A stretch of 61,321 nt of DNA, counting the filler. It is 9 parts of 9 records of this genome, joined end to end, with 100 filler letters (N's around TTAATTAATTAA, not from the genome) between each part and the next. Parts side by side here need not be neighbours in the genome. Positions count along the whole stretch, not along the records: positions 49,198 to 55,295 come from SRR31147125_65771; positions 55,396 to 61,321 come from SRR31147125_65847; 7 more parts are not named here. One strand, given 5' to 3'. This document shows, piece by piece, positions 51,674-60,633 of the stretch. The translations under genes and the position numbers were made by a program. Numbering within the stretch: position 1 is the stretch's first letter; every line of letters starts with the position of its first letter. The notes beneath the pieces are model-generated. The model saw only the letters and a list, made by a program, of their open reading frames with translations, had not been told where the DNA came from and did not search any database.

Positions 51674-51817
51674 TACAGCTTTGCGAAAATCAAACATCAC
51701 TTTTTCAGAGCGGCTTGCCGTATTACCATGGGGTTTAAGCGCATGAAAACTTACGTCCGGGAAACTCGTTGCCTCAAGTTCAAGCTATCGGATTTTGGCG
51801 ACGCAACCTCATTCCGG

Positions 51818-51843
51818 CCCCCTCTCCATGCATGGAGAGGGGG
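51818..51843. terminator. Perfect 26-bp palindrome between convergent genes
   Basis: CCCCCTCTCCATGCATGGAGAGGGGG. Confidence 0.65.
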
Positions 51844-51854
51844 ATTTTGTCTTG

Positions 51855-52682
51855 TTACTTATAGATGATGGTACCCACTTCTTCCCCTTCCAGTGCCTTG
51901 GTGATGTTTCCGGGCTCCAAGCCGTTGATCACCTGAACCTGTTCGAGCACTTCACTGTTGTGGATGATTTCGAGGCAGGGACGTTCGATGACAAGATCGT
52001 CCTGATCCTTGTCCATCAACTCTTTGACACTGATTTTGGGGATAAATTCCGCATCGGGATTCTTTTTGGGATCATCGGTGTAGAGCCCGTCTTCGTCCTT
52101 GATGAAGAGGACCCGCCGAGAACCGATGAGATCCGCCAAAATAACCAGACCCACATCGGTCCTGTGGATGGGGATTCTGCCCTTGGGCGGCTTGATGGCA
52201 AAGTAGTCGTAAGGGGGCATGCCGTGCATGACGGGAATGATCCCCTCGGCAAAGAATGTCGGGAGTTTAACAATGTCGCTGTGAGAGATCTTGACACCGC
52301 CCCAGGGGGAGAGAAGGGTGGAGATCATCAACGCATTCTGATCGGAGATCATGCTTCCGAATCGGGCGATAACACCGGTGGGCATGCCCATCTCCAGGCC
52401 GATGGAGTAGATGTGGCGGCTGCGGGTGCCGCCGCCGGTGGTGATGAGCATTTTATGTTTTTCCCGATTGGCCACGATCTCCTTGAGAATGGCAGGTAGT
52501 GCCTTGACACCGCGGTCACATATGGATTGACCTCCGATTTTCATGACTGCCACATCCGGATAGAGTCGCTCCTGGGGGGCCACATCCAATTGATCGATGA
52601 ACTCTTTACTGACCAGACTTTCCCCCATCAGTCTGCTTTTCACATGAAGCCGTTTTCCGTCTTTGTCCCGCAACAGTGCCAT
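51855..52682 (-). CDS. Molybdenum storage protein-like subunit (amino-acid/UMP kinase fold)
   Basis: KIGGQSICDRG, GGGTRSRH, LEMGMPTG, GMPPY, IPIHRTD, KDEDGLYTDDPKK; RBS GGAGGTGA. Confidence 0.85.
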   Translation of the reverse strand: MALLRDKDGKRLHVKSRLMGESLVSKEFIDQLDVAPQERLYPDVAVMKIGGQSICDRGVKALPAILKEIVANREKHKMLITTGGGTRSRHIYSIGLEMGMPTGVIARFGSMISDQNALMISTLLSPWGGVKISHSDIVKLPTFFAEGIIPVMHGMPPYDYFAIKPPKGRIPIHRTDVGLVILADLIGSRRVLFIKDEDGLYTDDPKKNPDAEFIPKISVKELMDKDQDDLVIERPCLEIIHNSEVLEQVQVINGLEPGNITKALEGEEVGTIIYK

Positions 52683-52797
52683 GGTCACCTCCCTATGGAA
52701 CGCGTTGTTGATTTAAATACGAGCGTATAAGCTCAACCCTCTTTTGATTGTTTGAAAGCCGCTGTATTGGTGGTTGATGCTGATGGGCATTGAAACG

Positions 52798-53009
52798 TTA
52801 TTCGTCATCATCGTCTTTTTTCTTGATGCCTTTTTCAAGCTCGATGAGATCTGCTCCCAGTTCCCGGGCAATATGACGCAGTTCGCTCAGGCGAAGATGA
52901 TCTGGATAGATTTTGAGATTGCAATCCGCAACAGCGACGGCACGGAATCTCGGTTTTTTTCCCCATCTTTAACCTTGTGTCTCTCTTTGTAGAATATTTT
53001 ACCAGCCAT
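52798..53009 (-). CDS. Small hypothetical protein upstream of the Mo-storage-like gene (hidden by one indel; not in ORF track)
   Basis: AAGGAGG RBS; adding one base to the T7 run 52954-52960 gives MAGKIFYKERHKVKDGEKKPRFRAVAVADCNLKIYPDHLRLSELRHIARELGADLIELEKGIKKKDDDDE. Confidence 0.75.
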
Positions 53010-53092
53010 TGTCTACCTCCTTATGTTGAAAAGTGGTTTGGGTGACGGATCGTCACGGCGGCGTGTTAAAGCCCGATGAAATGATGCATTGA

Positions 53093-53110
53093 TTTGAAAT
53101 TTATTTCAAA
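53093..53110. promoter_or_regulatory. Candidate operator
   Basis: Perfect TTTGAAAT-TT-ATTTCAAA palindrome about 85 nt upstream of the small ORF. Confidence 0.5.
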
Positions 53111-53241
53111 CCCAGGGCTTTCAAATAAGATATCAAGTTTTTCCTGAAAGTCAAACCTTCCTTTGGAAAATACAAACTAAAACTATCGATTTCTTACCTA
53201 TTCATGACTAAACTGACAATGGCTCCGTTTGTATTGGCCCT

Positions 53242-53753
53242 TTACATGCGATGGCGAACGCCAAGACCGCTCAGGAATTTTTTCAGATACTGATCCCCGC
53301 ACGGTTTGTAGTTTTTATGCCCCTCATTGCGAAAGAGGGCGGAGAGCTCCCCTTTGGAAATGTTGAGTCCACCCTGCGCGAAGATTTTCCGTACATCTTC
53401 CTGTCTCAACTCCAGTGCAATCCGAAGCTTTTTCAGGATCATGTTGTTGCTGAGCGGTTGCGGTTTCCGGGAGTGCGGTTTTCGCCCCTGTTTATTGCCT
53501 CCGCCTTGATGTCCACCACCGGCTTGCCCGGTATCGCTTTGGGGGCCTCTATTAAAAAGGATTAACGCATCCAGAAACCCCTCCAGAAGCTGAGCCGAAC
53601 AAGCCACATAGCCGTCCTCCCCTCTTTTTTCAGAAGCATTCGAAATTTTTCTTCATCGACGTTGCTTCCGGCAAGTTTGAAAATTTTGACCATGGTGCTG
53701 TCGGGAATGTCTAACGCATATCGAAAGCGGCGCAGTATATCGTTATTTTCCAT
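53242..53753 (-). CDS. DUF1456/YehS family protein (one indel)
   Basis: NNDILRRFRYAL...; NNMILKKLRIAL; SKGELSALFR; YKPCGDQYL; frames join at the C4 run 53619-53622. Confidence 0.9.
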
Positions 53754-53879
53754 CTGCAAAATATAAATCCTTTAGCGGTATGAATATGGCTTCATCTATG
53801 AATAAACGTGTATGTAACGGATAATGAACGCTGGGTTAACAGGGACTTTCAAATCCGTCCCTGTTTGACCCCATTGAAA

Positions 53880-54179
53880 TCAGGGCGCACAAAATGGGGC
53901 GACCATGGCCTGTTTAATTTCAATCTTCTTCCAGACGTCTCCAACGACATACGGTTCTTTGTCCAACCACTCATCTTTCAATGCCTGTTCGGATTCAAAA
54001 TCGCACACAACCATGGAACCGCACATTTTTCCATCATCATTCAGGATTGCAGCGGCATAGAGCCATTTCCCCTGTTTGTGCATTTCTGAAGCCGTATTCA
54101 GATGATCTTCTCGGGCGTTCAGTCGTCTTTCCAGTGCCTGGTCATCGGTTCCATCGTACCCCATTACAATAAACTGCAT
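53880..54179 (-). CDS. YciI family protein
   Basis: MQFIVMGYDG...RRLNAREDHL...GSMVV...EPYV. Confidence 0.9.
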   Translation of the reverse strand: MQFIVMGYDGTDDQALERRLNAREDHLNTASEMHKQGKWLYAAAILNDDGKMCGSMVVCDFESEQALKDEWLDKEPYVVGDVWKKIEIKQAMVAPFCAP

Positions 54180-54402
54180 GGTTTGATTTCCTTTCATTTT
54201 TTTATTTACATATCGGGTCAAACGGCATGGATTTCTCTCCCCGTATATACGCGGAGAGTTTCCATCCGTTATGTGATAATTCGGCTTGTCTCGGCTGTTT
54301 TTGTTAGTGAACGATTGGGGGCAAGGGTATCAAAATCAAGGGTAAATCGCAAAAAAATAAGAAAAATATAAAAATATCGTTGACAGCGTCATGGGATAGT
54401 GT

Positions 54403-54420
54403 AATGAATAATTATTCATT
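54403..54420. promoter_or_regulatory. Candidate repressor operator near the acyl-CoA dehydrogenase promoter
   Basis: Perfect 18-bp palindrome AATGAATAATTATTCATT, 17 nt downstream of TTGACA (54380-54385). Confidence 0.65.
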
Positions 54421-54641
54421 TTTTGTGGTTGCCATTCTATAATCGAAACATTGATTCGTCTTTCATGACGGCTTTCAGTGAAATTGGAACGCTATCTATA
54501 TTTATTGGATATTATGGATAGCTCATCAGACGGTTTACGGGTCTGTTTCACGGAAAGGGTCCATGATCGACTTAGAATAGTGATCTGAAGAACAATTCAA
54601 AATTGGAATGCCGTCACCGATGCATTCCAAACGGGGGGAAA

Positions 54642-55295
54642 ATGGCACAGTTTATTTCCGACAGAAGAGATATCGATTTTTTGCTGCATGAGATGTTGGA
54701 TGCAGGAGCACTGTCAAAAAAACATGAGGATTTTGCCGAGTTCAACAAAAAAACCATTGATCTGATCGTATCCGAGGCAAGAAATCTTGCCGTCAAGGAG
54801 ATTTTGCCCACTCAAAAGGAGGGGGACGAGCAGGGATGTACGTTGGAGGATGGCAAGGTCACCACACCGGACTCATTCAAGCGGCTCTACGAGATCTTCA
54901 ATGAAGGGGAATGGCTGGCCATGACAGAAGATCCCGAATGGGGCGGTCAGGGAATGCCCAGAACCGTGGCATCGGCTGCCATGGAGTACTTTAACGGTGC
55001 CAACTACCCCTTTATGATGTATCCGGGATTGACCCACGGCGCGGGAAAATTGGTGGAGGCATTTGGAACGGATGATCAAAAACGCATCTATCTGAAAAAT
55101 ATGTTCACCGGTAAATGGGCCGGGACCATGCTTTTGACCGAACCGGGTGCCGGATCCGATGTCGGGGCCCTGACCACCACCGCCAAGAGAAACGATGACG
55201 GCACCTACGCCATCACCGGTGAGAAGATTTTCATCTCCGGTGGTGAACACGATCTCACCGAAAACATCATCCATCCGGTTCTGGCCAGAATCGAA
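54642..55295 (+). CDS. Acyl-CoA dehydrogenase (3' truncated)
   Basis: WGGQGMP, YPGLTHGA, GTMLLTEPGAGSDVG, GEKIFISGGEHDL. Confidence 0.95.
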
Positions 55296-55395
55296 NNNNN
55301 NNNNNNNNNNNNNNNNNNNNNNNNNNNNNNNNNNNNNNNTTAATTAATTAANNNNNNNNNNNNNNNNNNNNNNNNNNNNNNNNNNNNNNNNNNNN
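55296..55395. other. Artificial contig linker
   Basis: N44-TTAATTAATTAA-N44. Confidence 0.99.
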
Positions 55396-55573
55396 TCCCG
55401 GGGGAGGGAGAGGGAGCTCAGAATATATTCAAATTAAGGCATTTTAAAAAAGGGATATTGGGTAGTATGCCGAATAAGGCATGTTATAGGTTACCCTGAG
55501 CTATTTTTATTTTCAATATTTTATCAGAACGTACTAAGTATAAGTGTCGCACAGAGCGGCACCGTAAGTATTG

Positions 55574-56680
55574 TTATGAATGTCCGTTTGTTTTATATTC
55601 CAAATACAAATAATCGTAATGCACAACCGGCTTTTGTTTGTCCGATTGTTTTTCTTTTTCAATCTTTTCTGAATCGTACGATGCTTTTCCCACAGCAACA
55701 ATTTCGCCGGTTTCATCCAAAATCTTAATCAAATCGCCTTTTTTGAAATCACTGTCTACTTTTATAATTCCTACCGGAAGCAAACTCACGGCTTTTTCAG
55801 AATTTAAGGCCTTAATTGCGCCGTCGTTAATTACAACCTGCCCTTTTGCAAATCCATCGGAGTATGCAATCCATTTTTTTACGCCACTCGATGTTTTTTC
55901 ATTTGGCACAAAAAAAGTATGAGGGGTGCTTTTCTTTTTATTGAGCAAATCAACAAGTATATTTTCGCGTGTGCCATTTGCCACATGAACGCCAATTCCA
56001 TCGTTTGCTACTTTTTTAGCAATTCGGAACTTTGTTTGCATTCCGCCCCGGCCAAATCCCGATTGTTTATCAGAAATTGCATTCTCCGGCTCTATTTCCC
56101 CATTTTCAATTCGCTCAATTAATTCTGCGCCTTCGCTGTCGGGATGCGCGGTAAAAACACCATCGATATTGCTCAAAATTATTAATGCCTCCGAATCTAC
56201 CAGCGAGGCAATCAAGCCCGAAAGTTCGTCGTTGTCGGTAAACATCAATTCGTTAACCGAAATGGTGTCGTTTTCATTAATAATAGGAATGACTTTGTTT
56301 TCAAGCAAAGTGGTGATACAGTTTTTCATGTTCAGGTAGTGGCCACGGCTCGAGAAATTCTCTTTCGTAGTAAGAACCTGTGCACAAGTAAGTCCATCTT
56401 CCTGAAAAAAATCGGAGTAACGCGAAATAAGCTTTACCTGCCCCAGCGCCGACCAAAGTTGACGTTGCGAAACAGCATCCAGTTTCTTTTCAGGTTGCAT
56501 AACAGCTTTGCCTGCTGCAACTGCCCCCGACGATACCAACACCACCTCAACTCCTTTTTTATGGAGATGGGCAATTTGGTCGACAAGGTGAGCAATGCGC
56601 GAAACATTTAATGTTCCGTCGGCTTTTGCAAGCACGTTACTGCCTACTTTAACTGTTATTTTTTTATATCTGAATTGCAT
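55574..56680 (-). CDS. proB: Glutamate 5-kinase with PUA domain
   Basis: VKVGS, VSSGAVAAG, INEND, DNDEL, GRGGMQTK, SLLPVGI. Confidence 0.97.
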   Translation of the reverse strand: MQFRYKKITVKVGSNVLAKADGTLNVSRIAHLVDQIAHLHKKGVEVVLVSSGAVAAGKAVMQPEKKLDAVSQRQLWSALGQVKLISRYSDFFQEDGLTCAQVLTTKENFSSRGHYLNMKNCITTLLENKVIPIINENDTISVNELMFTDNDELSGLIASLVDSEALIILSNIDGVFTAHPDSEGAELIERIENGEIEPENAISDKQSGFGRGGMQTKFRIAKKVANDGIGVHVANGTRENILVDLLNKKKSTPHTFFVPNEKTSSGVKKWIAYSDGFAKGQVVINDGAIKALNSEKAVSLLPVGIIKVDSDFKKGDLIKILDETGEIVAVGKASYDSEKIEKEKQSDKQKPVVHYDYLYLEYKTNGHS

Positions 56681-56691
56681 TTACTTTTAAG

Positions 56692-56784
56692 GATTGAATT
56701 TAGATTGAGGAGATTGAAGGAATTGATTTAGTTTCCATTTAGAAAACTCAATCCCTTCAATCTGTTATTCAATCTTATCTATCC
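56692..56784. repeat. Inverted short-unit arrays (GATTGA... / ...TCAATC)
   Basis: Three to four GATTGA units followed by three to four TCAATC units, filling the proC-proB gap. Confidence 0.65.
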
Positions 56785-56787
56785 TGA

Positions 56788-57585
56788 TTATTCAGGCTTA
56801 ATTTTTTTGTACGAAGACATCACTCCCTGAATAAGAGACGAGCTAAAGCCTTTGTGCTCCATTTCGTTCAGACCGGTGATGGTAACCCCCATTGGAGTTG
56901 TTACTTTGTCAATTTCGCGCTCCGGGTGGTTGCCCGATTGTAAAATTAACTCGGTAGCACCTTTTACTGTTTGCGCGGTAATTAATTGCGCCATTTCAGC
57001 ACTGAAACCTATCTCGATTCCTCCTTGCATTGCCGCACGAATATATCGTAATGCGTAGGCAATTCCACAAGAGGACAGAACAGTTGCTGCTGCCATCAAT
57101 TCTTCAGGAATTTCGATGGTTTTGCCCAGTTTGTCGAATAATTCAATTACATATTCTTTGTGGCCATCAGCATTTCCATTAACAGAAATACATGTTAACG
57201 ACTCTTGCAAAGCAATAGCAGTATTTGGCATTACACGGAAAATCGGGATGTCGTTTCCGGCCATTTCACCCAAATCGTCGATGCCAACACCGGCAACAAT
57301 GGAAATAAAAATCTTTTCGGGCGAAAGAATAGGTTTCAATTCTTTAATTACACCTTCGATATGATAAGGCTTAACAGCAACAATAATCATATCGGCATCT
57401 TTCGACGCTTCCACATTATCTTTAAATATATTTACACCCAATTCCTGCATTTTGTTGAGTGTTTTTTCCTTTCTATCAGAAACATAAATATTTGAAGGTT
57501 GAACCGAGCCCGATTTTACAAGGCCAACGGCAATGGCACCTCCCATGTTTCCTGCACCTATAATTGCTATTTTTTTATTTTTCAT
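56788..57585 (-). CDS. proC: Pyrroline-5-carboxylate reductase
   Basis: IGAGNMG, AVKP, SIVAG, RVMPNT, VTTPMGVT. Confidence 0.97.
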   Translation of the reverse strand: MKNKKIAIIGAGNMGGAIAVGLVKSGSVQPSNIYVSDRKEKTLNKMQELGVNIFKDNVEASKDADMIIVAVKPYHIEGVIKELKPILSPEKIFISIVAGVGIDDLGEMAGNDIPIFRVMPNTAIALQESLTCISVNGNADGHKEYVIELFDKLGKTIEIPEELMAAATVLSSCGIAYALRYIRAAMQGGIEIGFSAEMAQLITAQTVKGATELILQSGNHPEREIDKVTTPMGVTITGLNEMEHKGFSSSLIQGVMSSYKKIKPE

Positions 57586-57727
57586 TTGCTTTGTTTTTGC
57601 TTAAACTGTAGCTAATTCAACTCGCATATCTATGAAATTGTGTCTCAAAGAAATGCTCGTTAATGTTTGTTTTTCGTTCGCAAAGTAAGAAAAACATGAC
57701 TTTTGTCAGCTATTTGTCGGCTAATAA

Positions 57728-58861
57728 TTATGAAACATTAGCATAAACTTCATAAAATGCAGCCAAAAACTGATCAGCTTGTTGTTCTGTTAAACATAGC
57801 GGAGGCAATAATCGAATAATATTCTGTCCTGAAACTCCTGTAAATATTCCATATTCGAACAATAATTTCTGACGGATTTCTTTAATTGGCGTTTTAAATT
57901 CAATTCCAATCATTAAACCTTCGCCACGAACCTCAAACTCTGCATCCATTGCGGTCAGTTTCTCAATTAGGTACGAGCCAACTTTCTCTGAGTTTTCAAC
58001 CAGCTTTTCATTGCCAATTACATCTAAAACCGAAATGGCAGCTGCACAAGCCAGGTGATTTCCTCCAAAGGTAGTTCCCAACATTCCGTACCACGGCTCA
58101 ATTTCATTTTGAATAAGAACGCCGCCAATCGGGAAACCGTTGCCCATTCCTTTTGCCATGGTAATCATGTCGGGTTTTACATCGGTGTGCTGAAAAGCAA
58201 AGAATTTCCCGCTTCGTCCGTAACCTGACTGAATTTCGTCTAAAATTAACGCGGCCACATATTTTTCTGTGAGCTGTTTTAGTTTTACAAGAAAATCAGC
58301 ATCCGGCACATGAATTCCACCGATTCCCTGGATTCCTTCAACAATAACAGCCGCAACGTCGCCTTTCTTTAAAGCTTCTTCGGTTGCTTCAATATCGTTA
58401 AAAGGAAGAATTATGGCGTTGTCGGTTTCGTTAACCGGTGCAATAATTTTTGGATTATCGGTAATAGCCACAGCGGCCGAAGTTCGCCCGTGGAAACCTT
58501 TTTTATAAGAGATGATTTTCTTTTTTCCGGTAATAAACGAAGCCAGTTTTAATGCATTTTCATTTGCTTCGGCACCCGAATTACAAAGGAAAAGCTGGTA
58601 ATCGTTGCAGCCTGAAACTTTACCTAATTTCTCGGCCAACTCTTTTTGCATCGGATTCTGAACCGAGTTCGAATAAAACCCGATTTGCGAAAGCTGGTTC
58701 GATATTTTCTCGACATAAGCTGGGTGACAATGCCCAATTGAAATTACTGCATGACCTCCATAAAGGTCGAGATATTTTTTACCGTCGGCGTCCCAAACAT
58801 AGCAACCTTCTGCTTTTACAGGGGTAATGTCGAAAAGTGGATATACATCAAATAGTTTCAT
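57728..58861 (-). CDS. argD: Acetylornithine aminotransferase
   Basis: NSGAEANE, FHGRT, DEIQSG, AKGMGNGFPIG, TTFGGN; in arg cluster. Confidence 0.93.
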   Translation of the reverse strand: MKLFDVYPLFDITPVKAEGCYVWDADGKKYLDLYGGHAVISIGHCHPAYVEKISNQLSQIGFYSNSVQNPMQKELAEKLGKVSGCNDYQLFLCNSGAEANENALKLASFITGKKKIISYKKGFHGRTSAAVAITDNPKIIAPVNETDNAIILPFNDIEATEEALKKGDVAAVIVEGIQGIGGIHVPDADFLVKLKQLTEKYVAALILDEIQSGYGRSGKFFAFQHTDVKPDMITMAKGMGNGFPIGGVLIQNEIEPWYGMLGTTFGGNHLACAAAISVLDVIGNEKLVENSEKVGSYLIEKLTAMDAEFEVRGEGLMIGIEFKTPIKEIRQKLLFEYGIFTGVSGQNIIRLLPPLCLTEQQADQFLAAFYEVYANVS

Positions 58862-58866
58862 ATTTT

Positions 58867-58899
58867 GAAGTCGGAAGACCGAAGTCGGTAGCGCGAAGT
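58867..58899. repeat. Degenerate heptamer tandem array
   Basis: GAAGTCG GAAGACC GAAGTCG GTAGCGC GAAGT, immediately upstream of the argD start. Confidence 0.6.
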
Positions 58900-58939
58900 A
58901 TTCGAACTCACCGAAATTTTTCTCCCATTATTTTTGTTT

Positions 58940-59070
58940 TTGCACCATGCCTTAGCTTGGTGCCTAATTTCTATTACTTGTATTTCTGGCTTTAGCCATT
59001 AATCTTTTAGTTAAAGGCTGAAGCCATTGCATATACTAGCTTCAAATCACCGCTCTAAAGGACGGTGCAA
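58940..59070. repeat. Empty REP doublet (REPIN-like), same family as the transposase flanks
   Basis: GCACCATGCCTTAGCTTGGTG..TGGCTTTAGCC facing GGCTGAAGCCA..CACCGCTCTAAAGGACGGTGC. Confidence 0.8.
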
Positions 59071-59076
59071 AATTTT

Positions 59077-60045
59077 CTAAAAAGCCACCGGTTTCAAATT
59101 CAGCCCGGCTTTTTCATCGAGCCCAAACATCAGGTTCATATTCTGAACAGCTTGCCCCGAGGCTCCTTTTATTAAGTTGTCGGTTAAACTAATAATTACC
59201 AGTTTGTTTCCGTGTTTCTCCAAATAAATCACACCTTTGTTGGTGTTTACCACTTGTTTTACTCCCGGATTTTTTTCGGAAATAAAAACAAACGGATGGT
59301 CTTCGTAATAATCTTTGTAAAGTTCGTTTGCTTTTTCCAAAGTCCCTTCAAATTTGGTGTAGGTCGACACAAAAATTCCACGTGTGTGGTTTCCGCGAAT
59401 TGGCACAAAATTGAAATCTTTATCAAAGTCAGCCTGAAGTTGTGTTAGGCTTTGCAGAATTTCGCCCTCGTGCTGATGCTGAAAGATTTTGTAAGCAGAA
59501 ACATTGCTGCTTCTCCAGCTAAAATGCGAGGTTGAAGTTGGTTTTTGTCCCGCTCCGGTTGAGCCCGTAATTGCTTGAACGTGTACTTCATCTTGCAATA
59601 AACCTGCAGCAGCCAGAGGCAAAAGTCCCAATTGAATTCCGGTTGCAAAACATCCGGGATTGGCAATTCTTTCTGCCGACTCAATGTCCTCACGATTTAA
59701 TTCGGGCAGACCGTAAACAAAATCGTTTCCTTCTCTTTCCAATCTAAAATCGTGACTCAAGTCAATAATTTTCAAATATTGCGGGAAGGTATGCTTTTGC
59801 ACAAATTCAACTGATTTGCCATGCCCCATACAAAGGAAAATTACATCCACTTCATCAAAAGGCATTTGGTCGGTAAAAACAATGTCGCTTTCGCCCAATA
59901 AATCGATGTGAACATCAGAAATCGGGTTTCCGGCATTACTCGTACTTTGCACAAAACCAATTTCCGCCTGTGGATGATTCAGCAAAATCCTCAGCAACTC
60001 TCCGGCCGTATAACCGGCTCCTCCTATTATTCCTACTTTTATCAT
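59077..60045 (-). CDS. argC: N-acetyl-gamma-glutamyl-phosphate reductase
   Basis: GGAGYTAGEL, IDLS.DFR, YGLPE, ANPGCF, DNLIKGASGQAVQNMN. Confidence 0.97.
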   Translation of the reverse strand: MIKVGIIGGAGYTAGELLRILLNHPQAEIGFVQSTSNAGNPISDVHIDLLGESDIVFTDQMPFDEVDVIFLCMGHGKSVEFVQKHTFPQYLKIIDLSHDFRLEREGNDFVYGLPELNREDIESAERIANPGCFATGIQLGLLPLAAAGLLQDEVHVQAITGSTGAGQKPTSTSHFSWRSSNVSAYKIFQHQHEGEILQSLTQLQADFDKDFNFVPIRGNHTRGIFVSTYTKFEGTLEKANELYKDYYEDHPFVFISEKNPGVKQVVNTNKGVIYLEKHGNKLVIISLTDNLIKGASGQAVQNMNLMFGLDEKAGLNLKPVAF

Positions 60046-60064
60046 TAATTGTTATTTTGTTTTT

Positions 60065-60615
60065 GCGCCATGCTTTAGCTTGGCGATACTTAAGAATCTC
60101 AGAACTTGGCTTTAGCCTTTAAATATTTTAAATCCATATTTATTTATAAATTCATCATATTCTTCTTCCCATGTTTTAATTTTATGGTGTTTTTCCTGAT
60201 ATTCAATATAGTTCTTAACTGCCTCAATATTTGATTCACTCACACTCACCGCAAAATATTCTTTCTGCCACTTTAGGTGAAATTCGCTCAAACTACTCTT
60301 ATTATTGAACCAAAAAGATGACTCACCTTTAATTAATTGCATGATATTTTCAATGGTCTGATTGTTTTTTAGCCTAAAAAGACAATGCACATGGTTATGG
60401 TGTCCACCAACAGTTTCCATAAATATGTCTTTGTCGAGTGCATTTTGATGAATATGCTGAAACACTTCATTTCGTATTTCTTGAGATAGAATGGGCTGTC
60501 GGTTTTTTACTGCCCATACTGCATGTATCCATATTTTTACGTAAGACATATTTAATTTTAAAGGCTAAAGCCAATCGTTATTTAATTTCTGTGTCGCCAA
60601 GCTAAAGCATGGCGC
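60065..60615. mobile_element. REP-flanked IS200-like element (RAYT-type)
   Basis: Perfect 22-bp IR (60065-60086 / 60594-60615) and perfect 18-bp IR (60106-60123 / 60557-60574), each pair separated by a 19-nt unrelated spacer. Confidence 0.85.
60112..60549 (-). CDS. tnpA: IS200/IS605-family Y1 HUH transposase
   Basis: IHAVWAVKNR, NHVHCL (HUH), IKGESS, WQKEYFAVSVS, NYIEYQEKHH; no tnpB. Confidence 0.95.
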   Translation of the reverse strand: MSYVKIWIHAVWAVKNRQPILSQEIRNEVFQHIHQNALDKDIFMETVGGHHNHVHCLFRLKNNQTIENIMQLIKGESSFWFNNKSSLSEFHLKWQKEYFAVSVSESNIEAVKNYIEYQEKHHKIKTWEEEYDEFINKYGFKIFKG

Positions 60616-60633
60616 TAAACATTTCTAATTATC

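Noticed and set aside
51670..51810. Possible MITE starting CTAGTACAGC...AAAATC and ending GATTTT...
   Set aside because: Terminal complementarity is too short and there is no second copy in the window.
51855..52682. Annotation as uridylate kinase pyrH
   Set aside because: Lacks the KLSGE signature and the tsf/frr context; motifs fit the Mo-storage branch.
2718..53622. At least 12 frameshifted genes (glmU-like, methyltransferase, dsrE, GH57, htpX, T4CP, pal, ruvB, sbcB, TiaS-like, small ORF, DUF1456) as pseudogenes, phase variation or programmed frameshifts
   Set aside because: Nearly all are small indels in homopolymer runs, across unrelated organisms and including core genes. This is the pattern of pyrosequencing-type error.
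10921..55395. Eight identical TTAATTAATTAA motifs in N runs
   Set aside because: Artificial six-frame-stop linkers. Genes on different sides are not neighbours, so no cross-contig systems were inferred.
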